Source of the DNA: a bacterium
GTDB taxonomy: Bacteria; Hinthialibacterota; Hinthialibacteria; Hinthialibacterales; Hinthialibacteraceae
DNA length: 64,000 nucleotides
NCBI GenBank assembly: GCA_963662285.2
Contig: CAXXMV010000008.1
Location: 1,568,001 to 1,632,000, forward strand
Direction: 5' to 3'
The position numbers were made by a program, and so were the translations under genes. The notes under the pieces were generated by a model that searched no databases, was not told the origin of the DNA, and saw nothing but the letters and a program-made list of their open reading frames with translations. Every line of letters begins with the position of its first letter. Within the stretch, counting starts at the first letter, position 1. Positions 1-10,129 of this stretch are shown piece by piece.

Positions 1-480
1 AACATCGCTGATGTCATGACCGGATGGATAGAGCAGGCAGGTGTTCCAGCAAATAACGCCGATTTGAGAGGTTCCATGCGAATCGACGCCTAACGAATTA
101 GCGTTGGCTTGATTGCAAATATAGGTTGTCTCGACCACCATCCGTTTGGCGTTTTTAGGGACCTGGGCGATGAAATGAAAAACATTATGGGGGTCGCGAT
201 GCCATGAGACCGGTTTTCCATCAAGCGTTTTGACGCTTATTTCGGCGAGATTCTGAATGGGGCTGGTGGGGCCGTGTACGCCCTCAAGCCATTGCGGGTA
301 ATAGAAATCAAACTGCCCCTGCGACACGCCGTAGGTGGTGGAGGCTTTGAGCAACCCACGGGGCAGATCGATTGCATCGACCTCAGCCGTGATAACCACA
401 GCATTGGATATTGACGGCAGCAGAAAAATAGTAAGTAATATGGAGATAATCAGATAGCGGTTATTACGAATCAATTTCAT
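1..480 (-). CDS. M61 family (glycyl aminopeptidase-like) peptidase, N-terminal part; runs off window start
   Basis: Manually translated open frame from ATG at 480: signal peptide, then YYPQWLEGVHGPTSPIQNLA...WHRDPHNVFHF, typical of the M61 N-terminal domain. Not in the ORF track because it has no stop in the window. Confidence 0.7.
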   Translation of the reverse strand, partial: MKLIRNNRYLIISILLTIFLLPSISNAVVITAEVDAIDLPRGLLKASTTYGVSQGQFDFYYPQWLEGVHGPTSPIQNLAEISVKTLDGKPVSWHRDPHNVFHFIAQVPKNAKRMVVETTYICNQANANSLGVDSHGTSQIGVICWNTCLLYPSGHDISDV

Positions 481-648
481 GGCTTCAGGTTCCTTGTCAT
501 TTAGATCATGGAGATTGCTATTACCATATGATAGTAACATAATTCAGTTCAGGAGATAATTGATGTGATCATCATATTTTAATTATTGAAACGCAAAAAG
601 AGTTCTCCTTAAGCGAGCCTGTGCTGAATACGCAGGAAGGGATTTAAC

Positions 649-2131
649 ATGAAAACAGGTTATTCTTTATTATTGGCGACTGGATTGATTTTTGTCTTTG
701 CTTTACTCCCATTGGCCGGGGAGGAAATCAATCCAGACTCTCGAATCAATGTGAGCGGCGTGTTTCCCCATTTGGCTATGGTGGCTGATCATACGCCTCG
801 CACTGAAGCGGGAACCGGCGCCATGGTTCCCTGGGCGAACCGATTGTGGATTATTACCTATGTAGCGCACATGAAAGGCACCGGCTCTGGAACCGGGTTA
901 TATGAAATAGACGAAAACCTGAATATGCACAAGCGGCCGGAAAGCGTGGTTGGAACCTACGCCAACCGCATGATTCACACCGAAAGCCAGCAGTTGATTA
1001 TCGGTCCCCATATCATTGATACCGAAGGCAATGTGCACACGATAGACGGAGTGAAAGACCACCGCTTGACCGTGACCATGCGGCATCTGACCGATCCGGC
1101 GCATAAGGTTTATTTTCTGGCTATGGAAGGACAACTGTTTGAGGTCGATGTTCATACCCTGCAAACCACGCTGCTCTTCAATCTGCTGGATGAATTAAAG
1201 GTTCCCAAAGACGCTAAACCCCATTTCAAAGGTGGTTTCACGGCGCATGGGCGCGTATTCGTGGCTAATAATACATACGATGAACGGGATTATAACAAAT
1301 CATGGAGCGCGGGACGTCTGGGCGCGTGGGATGGAAAGACGTGGACTGTGATTGATGATAATCCCTATACCGAAGTTTGGTGCCCCACGATCATTTGGTA
1401 ATGCTGTTTTCGCCACTGGCTGGGATAACGCTTCGGTTATACTCAAAGTGCTTACGCATGGAAAATGGTCTACCTATCGTTTACCCAAAGCCAGCCATAC
1501 CTTCGATCAGACCAGTTGCACAGAATGGATGCGTATCCGCGAAGTGGAAACCGAACGGGCCTTGATGGATTGTCATGGCATGTTTTACGAAGTTCCTTAC
1601 CATGCCTATGATGGGAAAATTTGGGGCATTCGACCTATATCGACGCATCTGCGCGTGATCCCGGATTTCTGCTCGTGGCGCGGCATGTTGGTGTTAGGCG
1701 GAAACCAGTCTACTCCTATGTCATTCGGAACGGATAGAAACTTAGTCGCCGGGCAACCGCAAGCCGGTTTATGGTTTGGCAAGACGGACGACTTATGGAG
1801 TTTTGGTAAACCTTCTGGCAGTGGAGGCGTTTGGCGTGACCTCTTCAGTGAAAAAGGGCGAACATTCCGATCCATTCCTGATGCGGGGATTTGATAAAAA
1901 AGTTGTGCATTTTAAGGCTGACTCAGATCAAGTTCCAGCCTTAGATAGAGCTCCAATTTTTACTATTGAAGTAGACTTTATGGGTAATGGAACCTGGGTT
2001 CCCTAATAAAACTATTCCAGTTTTCGACGGTTATGCTTTTCACGCTTTCCCTGATGGTTTCAGCGCCGAATGGGTGCGCATAACCGCAAGGCAGGATTGC
2101 GTGGCTACCGTCTAATTTCATGTATTCGTAA
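649..2131 (+). CDS. Conserved secreted hypothetical protein (about 490 aa) broken by four +1 frameshifts
   Basis: ORFs 649-1401, 1352-1894 and 1776-2006 join, and continue as YKTIPVFDGYAFHAFPDGFSAEWVRITARQDCVATVYFMYS* if single bases near 1381, 1840, 2005 and 2115 are removed. Signal peptide; SGVFPHLA...GAMVPWANRLWIITY motif. Confidence 0.7.
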
Positions 2132-2220
2132 ACAGGGCTTTGGAATAATAAATACTGAACATACTTTGAAGAACAGTTCTCACCAGTATAATAAGCGAAA
2201 GCAAAGAAAGGGATTTATAC

Positions 2221-3688
2221 ATGAAACGTTTAGCATCTTTCACATTATTAATATTTTTAGTTGTTTTTTTCCGTTATGGATAGCCGCGCTGATATGAGTT
2301 TAGCGTATGTTGATTTATTTGACGGTAAAAGCCTGGATGGTTGGAAAGCCAACGAGAACCCCGGTTCTTTCATTGTACGCGACGGAATGCTGATCTGCGA
2401 AGGCCCCCGCTCCCATCTGTTTTATGATGGGGATGTTGAGGGCGCGGAATTTAAGAATTTTGAGTTGGTTGCTGAAGTGATGGCTACCCCCGGAGCTAAT
2501 TCGGGCATCTATTTTCATACCCGGTACCAGGAAGAAGGATGGCCTACCAAAGGTTATGAAGTGCAGATCAACAACACTCATCGCGGCGAGGGAGAATACC
2601 GCGAACTGAAAAAGACCGGCAGCCTCTATTCGGTGCGCAATGTTTATAAGTCAATCGTAAAAGATAATGAGTGGTTCACGCTGCGCATCAGCGTTATCGG
2701 CGATAAAATTACCATCTTAGTAAATGATGTTATAGTCATGTATTACACTGAACCCAAGGTTCCGGTTCGTTCAAAAGAAAAAACTGAACGAATACTCTCC
2801 AGCGGAACTTTCGCCATCCAATGTCATGATCCAAACAGCAAGGTTTATTTCAAAAGCATCAAAGTGGCGCCCATACCTGATAGCAAAAACAACAAAACAT
2901 ATGATTTCAGTTCCATAATTGTTGATGACCGCTATAAACAAATCCAGCAACTACAGGAAGGCAACTTTCCCCTGGTTGATTTCCACGTTCATCTCAAGGG
3001 TGGTCTTACGATTGAAGACGCCATTTTTAATTCATTTAAAGTCGGCATCAATTACGGCGTTGCGCCGAATTGCGGAGTAGGCTTCCCTATTACTGATGAT
3101 GCCGGGATAGACCAGTTCATCGAAAGCATGAAAGGCAAGCCGGTGTTTTTGGGGATGCAGGCTGAAGGCCGCGAGTGGGTCAATATGTTTTCCAAGGAAG
3201 CCATAGCCAAGTTCGACTACGTCTTCAGCGACTCGCTGACATTCACCGACGATAAGGGACGCCGCATGAGATTATGGATGAAAGATGAAGTCTTTGTTGA
3301 TGACAAACAGGACTTCATGGATATGTACGTGCGGAGCATCGAGTCTGTCATCAGCAATGAGCCAATCGATATTTTCGTTAATCCCACTTTCCTGCCGGAA
3401 TGCATTGCTGAAGAATATGACGAACTGTGGACCGAAGAGCGGATGATGAAAATAATCGATGCGGCGGTCAAACATAACGTGGCCATCGAAATCAACGCCC
3501 GCTATAAAATCCCCAGCGTCAAATTCATAAAACTGGCCAAAAAAGCGGGCTGTAAGTTTGCTATGGGAACCAACAACATGACTCCCGAACTGGGGCGGTT
3601 GGAATACAGCCTGGATATGGTCAAAGAATGCGGTCTGACCTGGGATGATATGTTCATGCCGAAATCAGCAGGGTGGATAGAGAAATAG
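2221..3688 (+). CDS. DUF1080 (3-keto-disaccharide hydrolase-like) domain fused to a PHP-like domain
   Basis: LFDGKSLDGW, ANSGIYFH, GYEVQI, GSLY, IQCHD motifs, then DFHVHLKGG and AIEINARY. True start is likely ATG 2221 (signal peptide) with a +1 shift in the T7 run near 2265. Confidence 0.8.
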
Positions 3689-3795
3689 TATTAGTAAATT
3701 TAGCCCTCACCCTAGCCTTTTATCGCGCGGATAGGGCGCTTTGTTATACGACATTTATGATTAGTAAGAGTACTATAACGAAAAGGAGTATAACC

Positions 3796-4692
3796 ATGAC
3801 AAGAATGATTGCATCAACAATAGTATTTCTCGCATTAGTCATCGCTTTGCCCGTTGCCGGAGTGTGTGAAGATATCATCGCTCCCGGCGCCAAAGTTGAA
3901 AAACTGGCGGGTGATTTCAAATTCACCGAAGGTCCGGCGGTCGACTCGAAGGGTAATGTGTTTTTTACCGACCAACCCAATGACCGGATATTGAAATGGA
4001 GTGTTGATGGTAAACTGACAACCTTTCTACAGCCCTGCGGCCGATCCAATGGCCTCTTTTTTGATAAGCAGGATAACCTGCTTTCCTGCGCTGATAATAA
4101 AAATGAACTTTGGTCGATTGACCCCAGCGGCAAGGAGACTGTCCTGGTCAAAAACTATCAGGGTAAACTGTTAAACGGCCCCAACGATTTATGGATCAGG
4201 CCTGACGGCGGCATCTATTTCACCGACCCATTCTACAAACGCCCCTATTGGGATCGTGGTCCAGTCGAGCAAGACGGCCAATGCGTCTATTTCTATAAAC
4301 CATGCTGTAAGAAATTTATCCGCGTTATAGATGATTTTGAGACGCCTAATGGAATTATCGGGACGCCGGATGGCAAGACGCTTTATGTCTCCGATATCAG
4401 AGGCAAGAAAACCTACTCTTACAGCATCACAATGGATGGAACGCTGACTGACAAAAAGTTATTCTGCGAACTGGGATCAGACGGCATGACCATAGATAAT
4501 GAGGGCAATGTCTATCTAACCGGCAAAGGCGTCACCGTTTTCAACAAAGCAGGCCAACAAATATCTCATATCGATGTTGCAGAAAATTGGACCGCCAATG
4601 TGTGCTTCGGCGGGAAAGATATGAAAACGCTGTTCATCACCGCCAGCACAGGTTTCTATAGCATTAAGATGCGGGTTAATGGAGTTCGATAA
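3796..4692 (+). CDS. SMP-30/gluconolactonase family protein
   Basis: FTEGP, SNGL, NGPNDL, PNGI, SDGMTID, NVCFGG motifs; AAGGAG RBS before ATG 3796; signal peptide. Confidence 0.9.
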   Translation: MTRMIASTIVFLALVIALPVAGVCEDIIAPGAKVEKLAGDFKFTEGPAVDSKGNVFFTDQPNDRILKWSVDGKLTTFLQPCGRSNGLFFDKQDNLLSCADNKNELWSIDPSGKETVLVKNYQGKLLNGPNDLWIRPDGGIYFTDPFYKRPYWDRGPVEQDGQCVYFYKPCCKKFIRVIDDFETPNGIIGTPDGKTLYVSDIRGKKTYSYSITMDGTLTDKKLFCELGSDGMTIDNEGNVYLTGKGVTVFNKAGQQISHIDVAENWTANVCFGGKDMKTLFITASTGFYSIKMRVNGVR

Positions 4693-4725
4693 TTAGTTAA
4701 AAGTAGGGTGGATTAAAAGTATTCG

Positions 4726-4764
4726 GTAGGGTGGGCTAAAAGCCGCGAAGCGGCGTAGCCCACC
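4726..4764. repeat. GTAG-type REP palindrome, family A (GTAGGGTGGGCTAAAAGC..CGTAGCCCACC)
   Basis: Related copies at 5017-5044, 43843-43876, 56162-56194 and 56624-56656. Confidence 0.8.
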
Positions 4765-4774
4765 ATGATATATG

Positions 4775-5108
4775 ATAAACCTTAAAAAAAGTGAGGATTA
4801 TTACCATGAATCGTCGAGAATTCTCAGCTATGGGTGCCAAGGGCAGTGTTCTTTCTGCCCTTGACGAACAACTATAGAGAAAGGGAATAGTCCTTATGAT
4901 TCTGTCTCCTGCGTGTAAAGTTAATAAAAATATAGAAATTTATAAAGTGAACTCAATCAAGGGCAGAAAATACACTGCCCTTGGCGCCCGATATTATCCT
5001 ATCCTAAGTTAAAAAAGGTGGGTTAAAAGCGAAGCGTAGCCACCATGATTAAAAATAAACCTTAAAAAAAGTGAGGATTATTACCATGAATCGTCGAGAA
5101 TTCTCAGC
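4775..5108 (+). repeat. 54-bp identical direct repeat (4775-4828 and 5055-5108) containing the RBS and first codons of the NIPSNAP gene
   Basis: ataaaccttaaaaaaagtgaggattattaccatgaatcgtcgagaattctcagc occurs twice, flanking a MITE. Confidence 0.9.
4832..4989. mobile_element. MITE/REPIN family B, 158 bp
   Basis: Terminal inverted repeats GGGTGCCAAGGGCAGTGTTCTTTCTGCCCTTGA / TCAAGGGCAGAAAATACACTGCCCTTGGCGCCC; interior alignable to the copy at 23557-23780. Confidence 0.8.
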
Positions 5109-5871
5109 CGCAGCAGCTGCAGCAACGGTCGTCGGCATATCTTCTGCAAATGCCTCCACCAATAAAACTGATCAACAGTACATAGAGTTACGGCATTATC
5201 AAAGCCTGTATGGATCAAAAAAGGGATTGCTGGATCAATTCCTGCAAGAGGCCGCTATCCCTGCTTTGAAAAGATTGGGAATTGGGCCGATCGGCGTTTT
5301 TTCGGTTAAATATGGAACATCCAGCCCGTCCGTATATGTGTTGATGCCCCATGATTCATGCGAATCGGCGCTGAACGTTAACCGTAAACTGTTGGATGAC
5401 AAGCAGTTTCTTAAAGATGGAGCGAATTTCCTCAACGCTTCGTTATCTGATCCTTCTTACATGAGGATGGAAAGCAGGCTGATGAAAGCCTTCAGCCACA
5501 TGCCTAAAGTAGAGGTTCCAGAAGCAGTTAAAGGGAAAAGTTCCCGCATTTTTGAAATGCGCACCTACGAAAGCCATAGCGAAATAATGTCCAAGAAAAA
5601 GATTGAAATGTTCAATGAGGGCGGCGAAATCGCAGTATTCCGCAAGACTGGTTTACACCCGGTCTTCTTCGGAGAATCGCTATTCGGTCCGCAATTACCC
5701 AATCTGACTTATATGCTGAGTTTTGAAGATATGGAGACCCGCGATAAGAATTGGAAGCAGTTCGTCAGTTCACCGGAATGGAAAGAACTAAGCGGAAAGC
5801 CGGAATATAAAGATACTGTATCGAATATATCGGATATTATCCTGCAACCTAAAGGTTATTCTCAGATATAG
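5086..5871 (+). CDS. NIPSNAP family protein with Tat signal
   Basis: MNRREF twin-arginine leader; IFEMRTYESHSE, PVFFGE, PNLTYMLSF motifs. Confidence 0.85.
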   Translation: MNRREFSAAAAAATVVGISSANASTNKTDQQYIELRHYQSLYGSKKGLLDQFLQEAAIPALKRLGIGPIGVFSVKYGTSSPSVYVLMPHDSCESALNVNRKLLDDKQFLKDGANFLNASLSDPSYMRMESRLMKAFSHMPKVEVPEAVKGKSSRIFEMRTYESHSEIMSKKKIEMFNEGGEIAVFRKTGLHPVFFGESLFGPQLPNLTYMLSFEDMETRDKNWKQFVSSPEWKELSGKPEYKDTVSNISDIILQPKGYSQI

Positions 5872-5926
5872 TGGTTTTGATGGGTCGATAAAGCCGACCT
5901 ATCCTACGCATAAGATAAGGCGGACT

Positions 5927-5965
5927 GGGTGACAAGGGCAAGAGCGCATTGCGCTCAGCCCTTGA
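5927..5965. repeat. Family B REP variant (solo), within a 15-bp direct repeat (5909-5923 and 6040-6054)
   Basis: GGGTGACAAGGGC...GCCCTTGA hairpin; cataagataaggcgg on both sides. Confidence 0.7.
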
Positions 5966-6047
5966 TCAAACCACTAACGATAGGGTGAAAATTCCTTAAC
6001 TTAATGACATTACCTTTCATAGGCGCCCTGCCGGGCGCACATAAGAT

Positions 6048-6079
6048 AAGGCGGTGGATCAAACGATCCACCGCCTTTT
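6048..6079. terminator. Intrinsic terminator between convergent genes
   Basis: aaggcggtggatc-aaac-gatccaccgcctttt. Confidence 0.75.
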
Positions 6080-6122
6080 AATTACTGAATAATAAATAAT
6101 CACTGAGGATTATTATTATAAT

Positions 6123-7448
6123 TTATCGAAGCAGTTCCCATGAAGCTGCGGATGAAGCCGGGCCATGGAATACTTCAAAATCATCTGAGAATACAACATT
6201 GCCAGCTGCATCAGAGATAACGACGTTATCAATAGCAACAATCTCACCAGCGCGAGTTGAAGGAGTGATGCCTGCAAAACCATCAGCGCGGTTCTGTGGA
6301 TCCGGGAAATCCCAAGCAGTCATGGCGAAATCATCAATTGAACCAGTAACAGTAGTTCCATCAGAAGCCATGCTGAATGCATATTGAGTTCCAACTGCCC
6401 ATTCAAACTCTTCCTTTACGGCGCCCCAAGCGCGATTGTCGTTCAAAAATTCAACGCGATTAAGTTCTTGATGAAGAAGAAGGCAAATACCGCGATCATT
6501 AGCGCCATCAGGAGCAGTTCCATCAGGCTGAATGTGCAATGCCAGGCCGGCGCGGCTATGATCATGAGTAGGATCGCTCCAGCTCAACATAGTAACGTCA
6601 GCAGAGATGCTTCCACCGCCAACCAATGCTTCGCCATACCACATATGTTTAGGATCGGCGCCATTAGTAGCGATTCCATATAGTTGACCATCATTAACTA
6701 CATAATAACCGGCGTTGCCGGCAACCCAGTCGCTGCTTGTGCCCAATGCGGCGGGAGCTTCGCCTGTACCTTCAAAGTCGTCGGAGAATACAACTGTTCC
6801 GCCAACGGAAACTTCAAAATTATCGAAGTATACAACTTCTCCCAGATTAGTACTGGCCGTAACGCCTGCGAATCCAGTCGTACGTTCTTCAGGATTAACA
6901 AAAGCCCATTCGGCTACATCGATCATATCGGCTGCATTATCTCTGTTTGTGACTGAACCGGTAATAGTATCGCCGCTAAAAGTGATTACAAATGTATACC
7001 AGGTACGGGTTGTCCATGCAAAAGGCGTCGCCGGACCCCAACCACGCAAGTCGTTCAAAAACTCAACGTTGTCATACATCGCGTTTTCATCGTGAAATAA
7101 CAGATTGACGCCGCGATCATGAGCGCCATCAACAGCTGTTCCATTTGGCTGAAGGCGTCCAACGATGCCAGCGCGGCTTGGATCGCCGCCCTTCCATGTC
7201 AACATGTTGACGTCGCATTTAACGGTGTAATCGCTTCCAAAATCCTGGTCGACCCAGGCATGTTTGGGATCGCCGCCGCTGATTGATGCTCCGCACATAA
7301 CGCGGTTGCCATCATCTTCAACGATGATATATTGTCCATATTCACCAACTTGCCAATCATTTCCCAACTTGTAATGAATTCCAGCGAAAGCGGCGCTTGA
7401 GAAAGCAACGCAAATCACCAAAGTCATTAATGCTAAACGTTTACTCAT
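6123..7448 (-). CDS. Secreted protein with two tandem homologous beta-sandwich (DUF1080/ConA-like) domains and a C-terminal SWELLR tail
   Basis: Signal peptide; DPKH..SRAG..QPxGTA.DGAxDRG..VEFLND.R.WG..GFAG.T..VFSDDFE occurs twice. Confidence 0.7.
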   Translation of the reverse strand: MSKRLALMTLVICVAFSSAAFAGIHYKLGNDWQVGEYGQYIIVEDDGNRVMCGASISGGDPKHAWVDQDFGSDYTVKCDVNMLTWKGGDPSRAGIVGRLQPNGTAVDGAHDRGVNLLFHDENAMYDNVEFLNDLRGWGPATPFAWTTRTWYTFVITFSGDTITGSVTNRDNAADMIDVAEWAFVNPEERTTGFAGVTASTNLGEVVYFDNFEVSVGGTVVFSDDFEGTGEAPAALGTSSDWVAGNAGYYVVNDGQLYGIATNGADPKHMWYGEALVGGGSISADVTMLSWSDPTHDHSRAGLALHIQPDGTAPDGANDRGICLLLHQELNRVEFLNDNRAWGAVKEEFEWAVGTQYAFSMASDGTTVTGSIDDFAMTAWDFPDPQNRADGFAGITPSTRAGEIVAIDNVVISDAAGNVVFSDDFEVFHGPASSAASWELLR

Positions 7449-8095
7449 GTGAAAATACTCCTTTCAAAATAAAAAAACATAGTTATGGGAAATATAATTT
7501 CCCTTTAATCCCCAAAAAAAACAGATAGAGCATCTACTACTGAATACAACTACGTAATATAAGGTAAACGATTTATGAAAGGAAATGTAGGATTATATGC
7601 AAGCAGAGACATGCGCCGCCCTAAAATCACTTTATATGATTTTATCGTAAGCATATCTCCAAAGCATTCTCATTCCCAAACATGCTTCCCTTTTCATAAT
7701 AATCAAGGTAAACATCTTAAAACGCAAAAACCTCCCAGGTTTTCTCGTTTTCAATAGATTTATAAGTAAAAGCAAATAATACCCGTATAAATTCAAGATA
7801 TCAAATATTAACAGTTTAATACAATAAATCATAATTGGGGTAAATGTCAAGTGAAAATACCCTATTTTATCGGTCATAGGATTGATGGAAAAACGGATAA
7901 ATTTGACTCGAAACGTTATTTAAATAAAAATTTTTAACGAATGCCTTACATTAACGTTCCCGTAAGTATTAAAAAATACGTACTACGTACTTTTTTTCTA
8001 ATAACTCTCTAGTTCGCTATATGAAAAAAAAGCAAAAAATTAGCATTTTCGATGACCAAACGTGATAATAAAAGAATGTTTGTTTGATAATCGAC

Positions 8096-8641
8096 CTATA
8101 CGCTAGAGCGATTAATCTTGCCGTCGTATACGATATCGCCCTTACTGGTTAAACCGTTAGAGGATTGATAATAAAAGGGGGGATCAATCCCGTTAACAGC
8201 GCGGTCGGGTCCGAAACTTTGCAGCCAATAGCGGCTAACCTGCTGAACCATCTTATTCTTGCGGCTTACCATAATGACTTCACCCCAATAGACGAACGAT
8301 TCATCATAATAATTCTCGGGAGGCCGAATCCCTTTTTGAAAGGGGTCTTTAATAGAACTTGAAATATACGATGTAGGAGTGGTGAGGGGACGATACGCCG
8401 CAATACACGATATGCCCGATTCATATAGAGGGATGGGTGGATAGGCATTATGATCAAGACGATACAAGGTAATTGCAGTAGATATAGTCCGGAAATCCGC
8501 GCTGACGCGTGCGATTTTGGCTCGCACTTGCGCATGAAGGAAATTGGGCAAGGCAATTGCAGCGAGGATGCTTATAATCGCTACCACTACCAGTAGTTCA
8601 ATTAGAGTAAATGCTTTTTGGTTAATTCTCAGAGATATCAT
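8096..8641 (-). CDS. Prepilin-type N-terminal cleavage/methylation protein (GspG-like)
   Basis: KAFTLIELLVVVAIISILAAIALPNF; C-terminal SFGPD...SNGLTSKGDI. Confidence 0.85.
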   Translation of the reverse strand: MISLRINQKAFTLIELLVVVAIISILAAIALPNFLHAQVRAKIARVSADFRTISTAITLYRLDHNAYPPIPLYESGISCIAAYRPLTTPTSYISSSIKDPFQKGIRPPENYYDESFVYWGEVIMVSRKNKMVQQVSRYWLQSFGPDRAVNGIDPPFYYQSSNGLTSKGDIVYDGKINRSSV

Positions 8642-9120
8642 TACTCCACTCCTACTTCATAAACTAATGAATCAAGGGATATTTTCAAATAATGGCGCTT
8701 TGAATAAATCCTGTTCTTTCAAAAAGTTATAAATGTAAGGATGCATCTTGATATGCTGGGGAGAATATAACAATAAAATTTTTTCGTCCATCAGGTGAAT
8801 AGATATAAATCTGCTCTGCTCCATATGTTTTCAGCTAGCGCTTACGATTGAATTAATTTTGTATTTTCCGCCCAATATGTAATCGTAAGTATTAAAAATG
8901 AATATTTCTGTAATCCAAATCATAAATAAAGTTTAAAAAACAATAATACTATTCGATTTCAATAATTATTGCATTTGTTTATTTAAAAAAAATGCTATTT
9001 CCACACAAAAATAAGTAACTAAATATTAAGTACTTACCTATGATTCAACCATTATAAAATATTCTTTCATAAATACTAAACATCTTAGATACCCCCCCCC
9101 AAAAATGCCCCAACGAATAA

Positions 9121-9136
9121 TGGCATTTTAATTGCG
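9121..9136 (+). promoter_or_regulatory. sigma54 (-24/-12) promoter
   Basis: TGGCATTTTAATTGCG, exact GG-N10-GC spacing, about 90 bp before the ATG at 9227. Confidence 0.65.
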
Positions 9137-9226
9137 AAATCAGGGATTGAATAAAATATCTGCTATAGTGATTTATAAACAAATCATTATAAATAATAAA
9201 AGAAAGAAAAAGGGGATCAGAGATCT

Positions 9227-10030
9227 ATGTTTATTCGAAAAAACCTTAATCAATTGATTATCAAAGGATTTTTAGTCCTAAGCGCAGCCTTGTTGTTCAC
9301 CATTCCTACGCATGCAGTAGATATAGGCGGTGAAACAATCGGTATAACGGCTGATTTTACTTACGGCTCCAAATATATGTGGCATGGTTATGATATTTTA
9401 GATGACCATGCGGCTTTTCAACCAAGCCTTACATTTGATTACAAGGGATTTTTCGCTGGCGTATGGGGCTCGTGGGCTGAGTCATCCGGTTATGAAGATT
9501 TAACTGAAGTCGATCTGTTCGCCGGTTATGGAAGAAGTTTGTTTGCAGATGACTGGTATGCGCTGGACGCTGTATTTTCCTATACCTATTTCATTTATCC
9601 TAATATCAACAATGATGCAGATGCCCAGGAAGTGCTGCTGGGATTTTCCATGCCCAACCTGCTGCCTATCGGTGAATCGGCTCTGATTCCAAGTTACTCA
9701 ATTTATTATGATTGGGCTGGCGTGCAGAGCAGCGACAAGATCGACAATGGATGGTTTCAAGTTTGGGGATTAAGTTATAGCCTGCCGGTTCCCGCCCTGA
9801 TTCCAAGCCAGGAAGAACAAGCAATAGATCTATCTTGGGATATTACCTATAACGATGGCGTATTTGGTTCTGATTCCTGTTGGAGCCACTCAACTATTGG
9901 CGTATCAACCACTTTCGAATGGCGTAATCTTTATTTTACTCCAGCGGTAAACTACCAGTTTTCGTTTGATGACAGCGTCAACGACGAAGATGAATTGTAT
10001 GCGCTTCTAAGCGTAGGCATTGCTTTTTGA
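9227..10030 (+). CDS. TorF/Gcw_chp-like outer membrane beta-barrel
   Basis: Signal peptide; SKYMWHG, AFQPSL, GVWGSW, EVDLFAGY motifs; terminal Phe. Confidence 0.7.
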   Translation: MFIRKNLNQLIIKGFLVLSAALLFTIPTHAVDIGGETIGITADFTYGSKYMWHGYDILDDHAAFQPSLTFDYKGFFAGVWGSWAESSGYEDLTEVDLFAGYGRSLFADDWYALDAVFSYTYFIYPNINNDADAQEVLLGFSMPNLLPIGESALIPSYSIYYDWAGVQSSDKIDNGWFQVWGLSYSLPVPALIPSQEEQAIDLSWDITYNDGVFGSDSCWSHSTIGVSTTFEWRNLYFTPAVNYQFSFDDSVNDEDELYALLSVGIAF

Positions 10031-10129
10031 TATAACTGATAAGTCGGCAAAAAGTGGTTAATCAAATTTTGATTCACTAAAACATAAGACATTAAATAGA
10101 AACGAAATAAAGATAACTGGAGATTTACT

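Noticed and set aside
1375-2270. Five +1 frameshifts in two adjacent genes, considered as programmed frameshifting or phase variation
   Set aside because: All are single-base insertions, mostly homopolymer extensions, clustered within 900 bp. Local assembly error is the simplest explanation; a read pileup would settle it.
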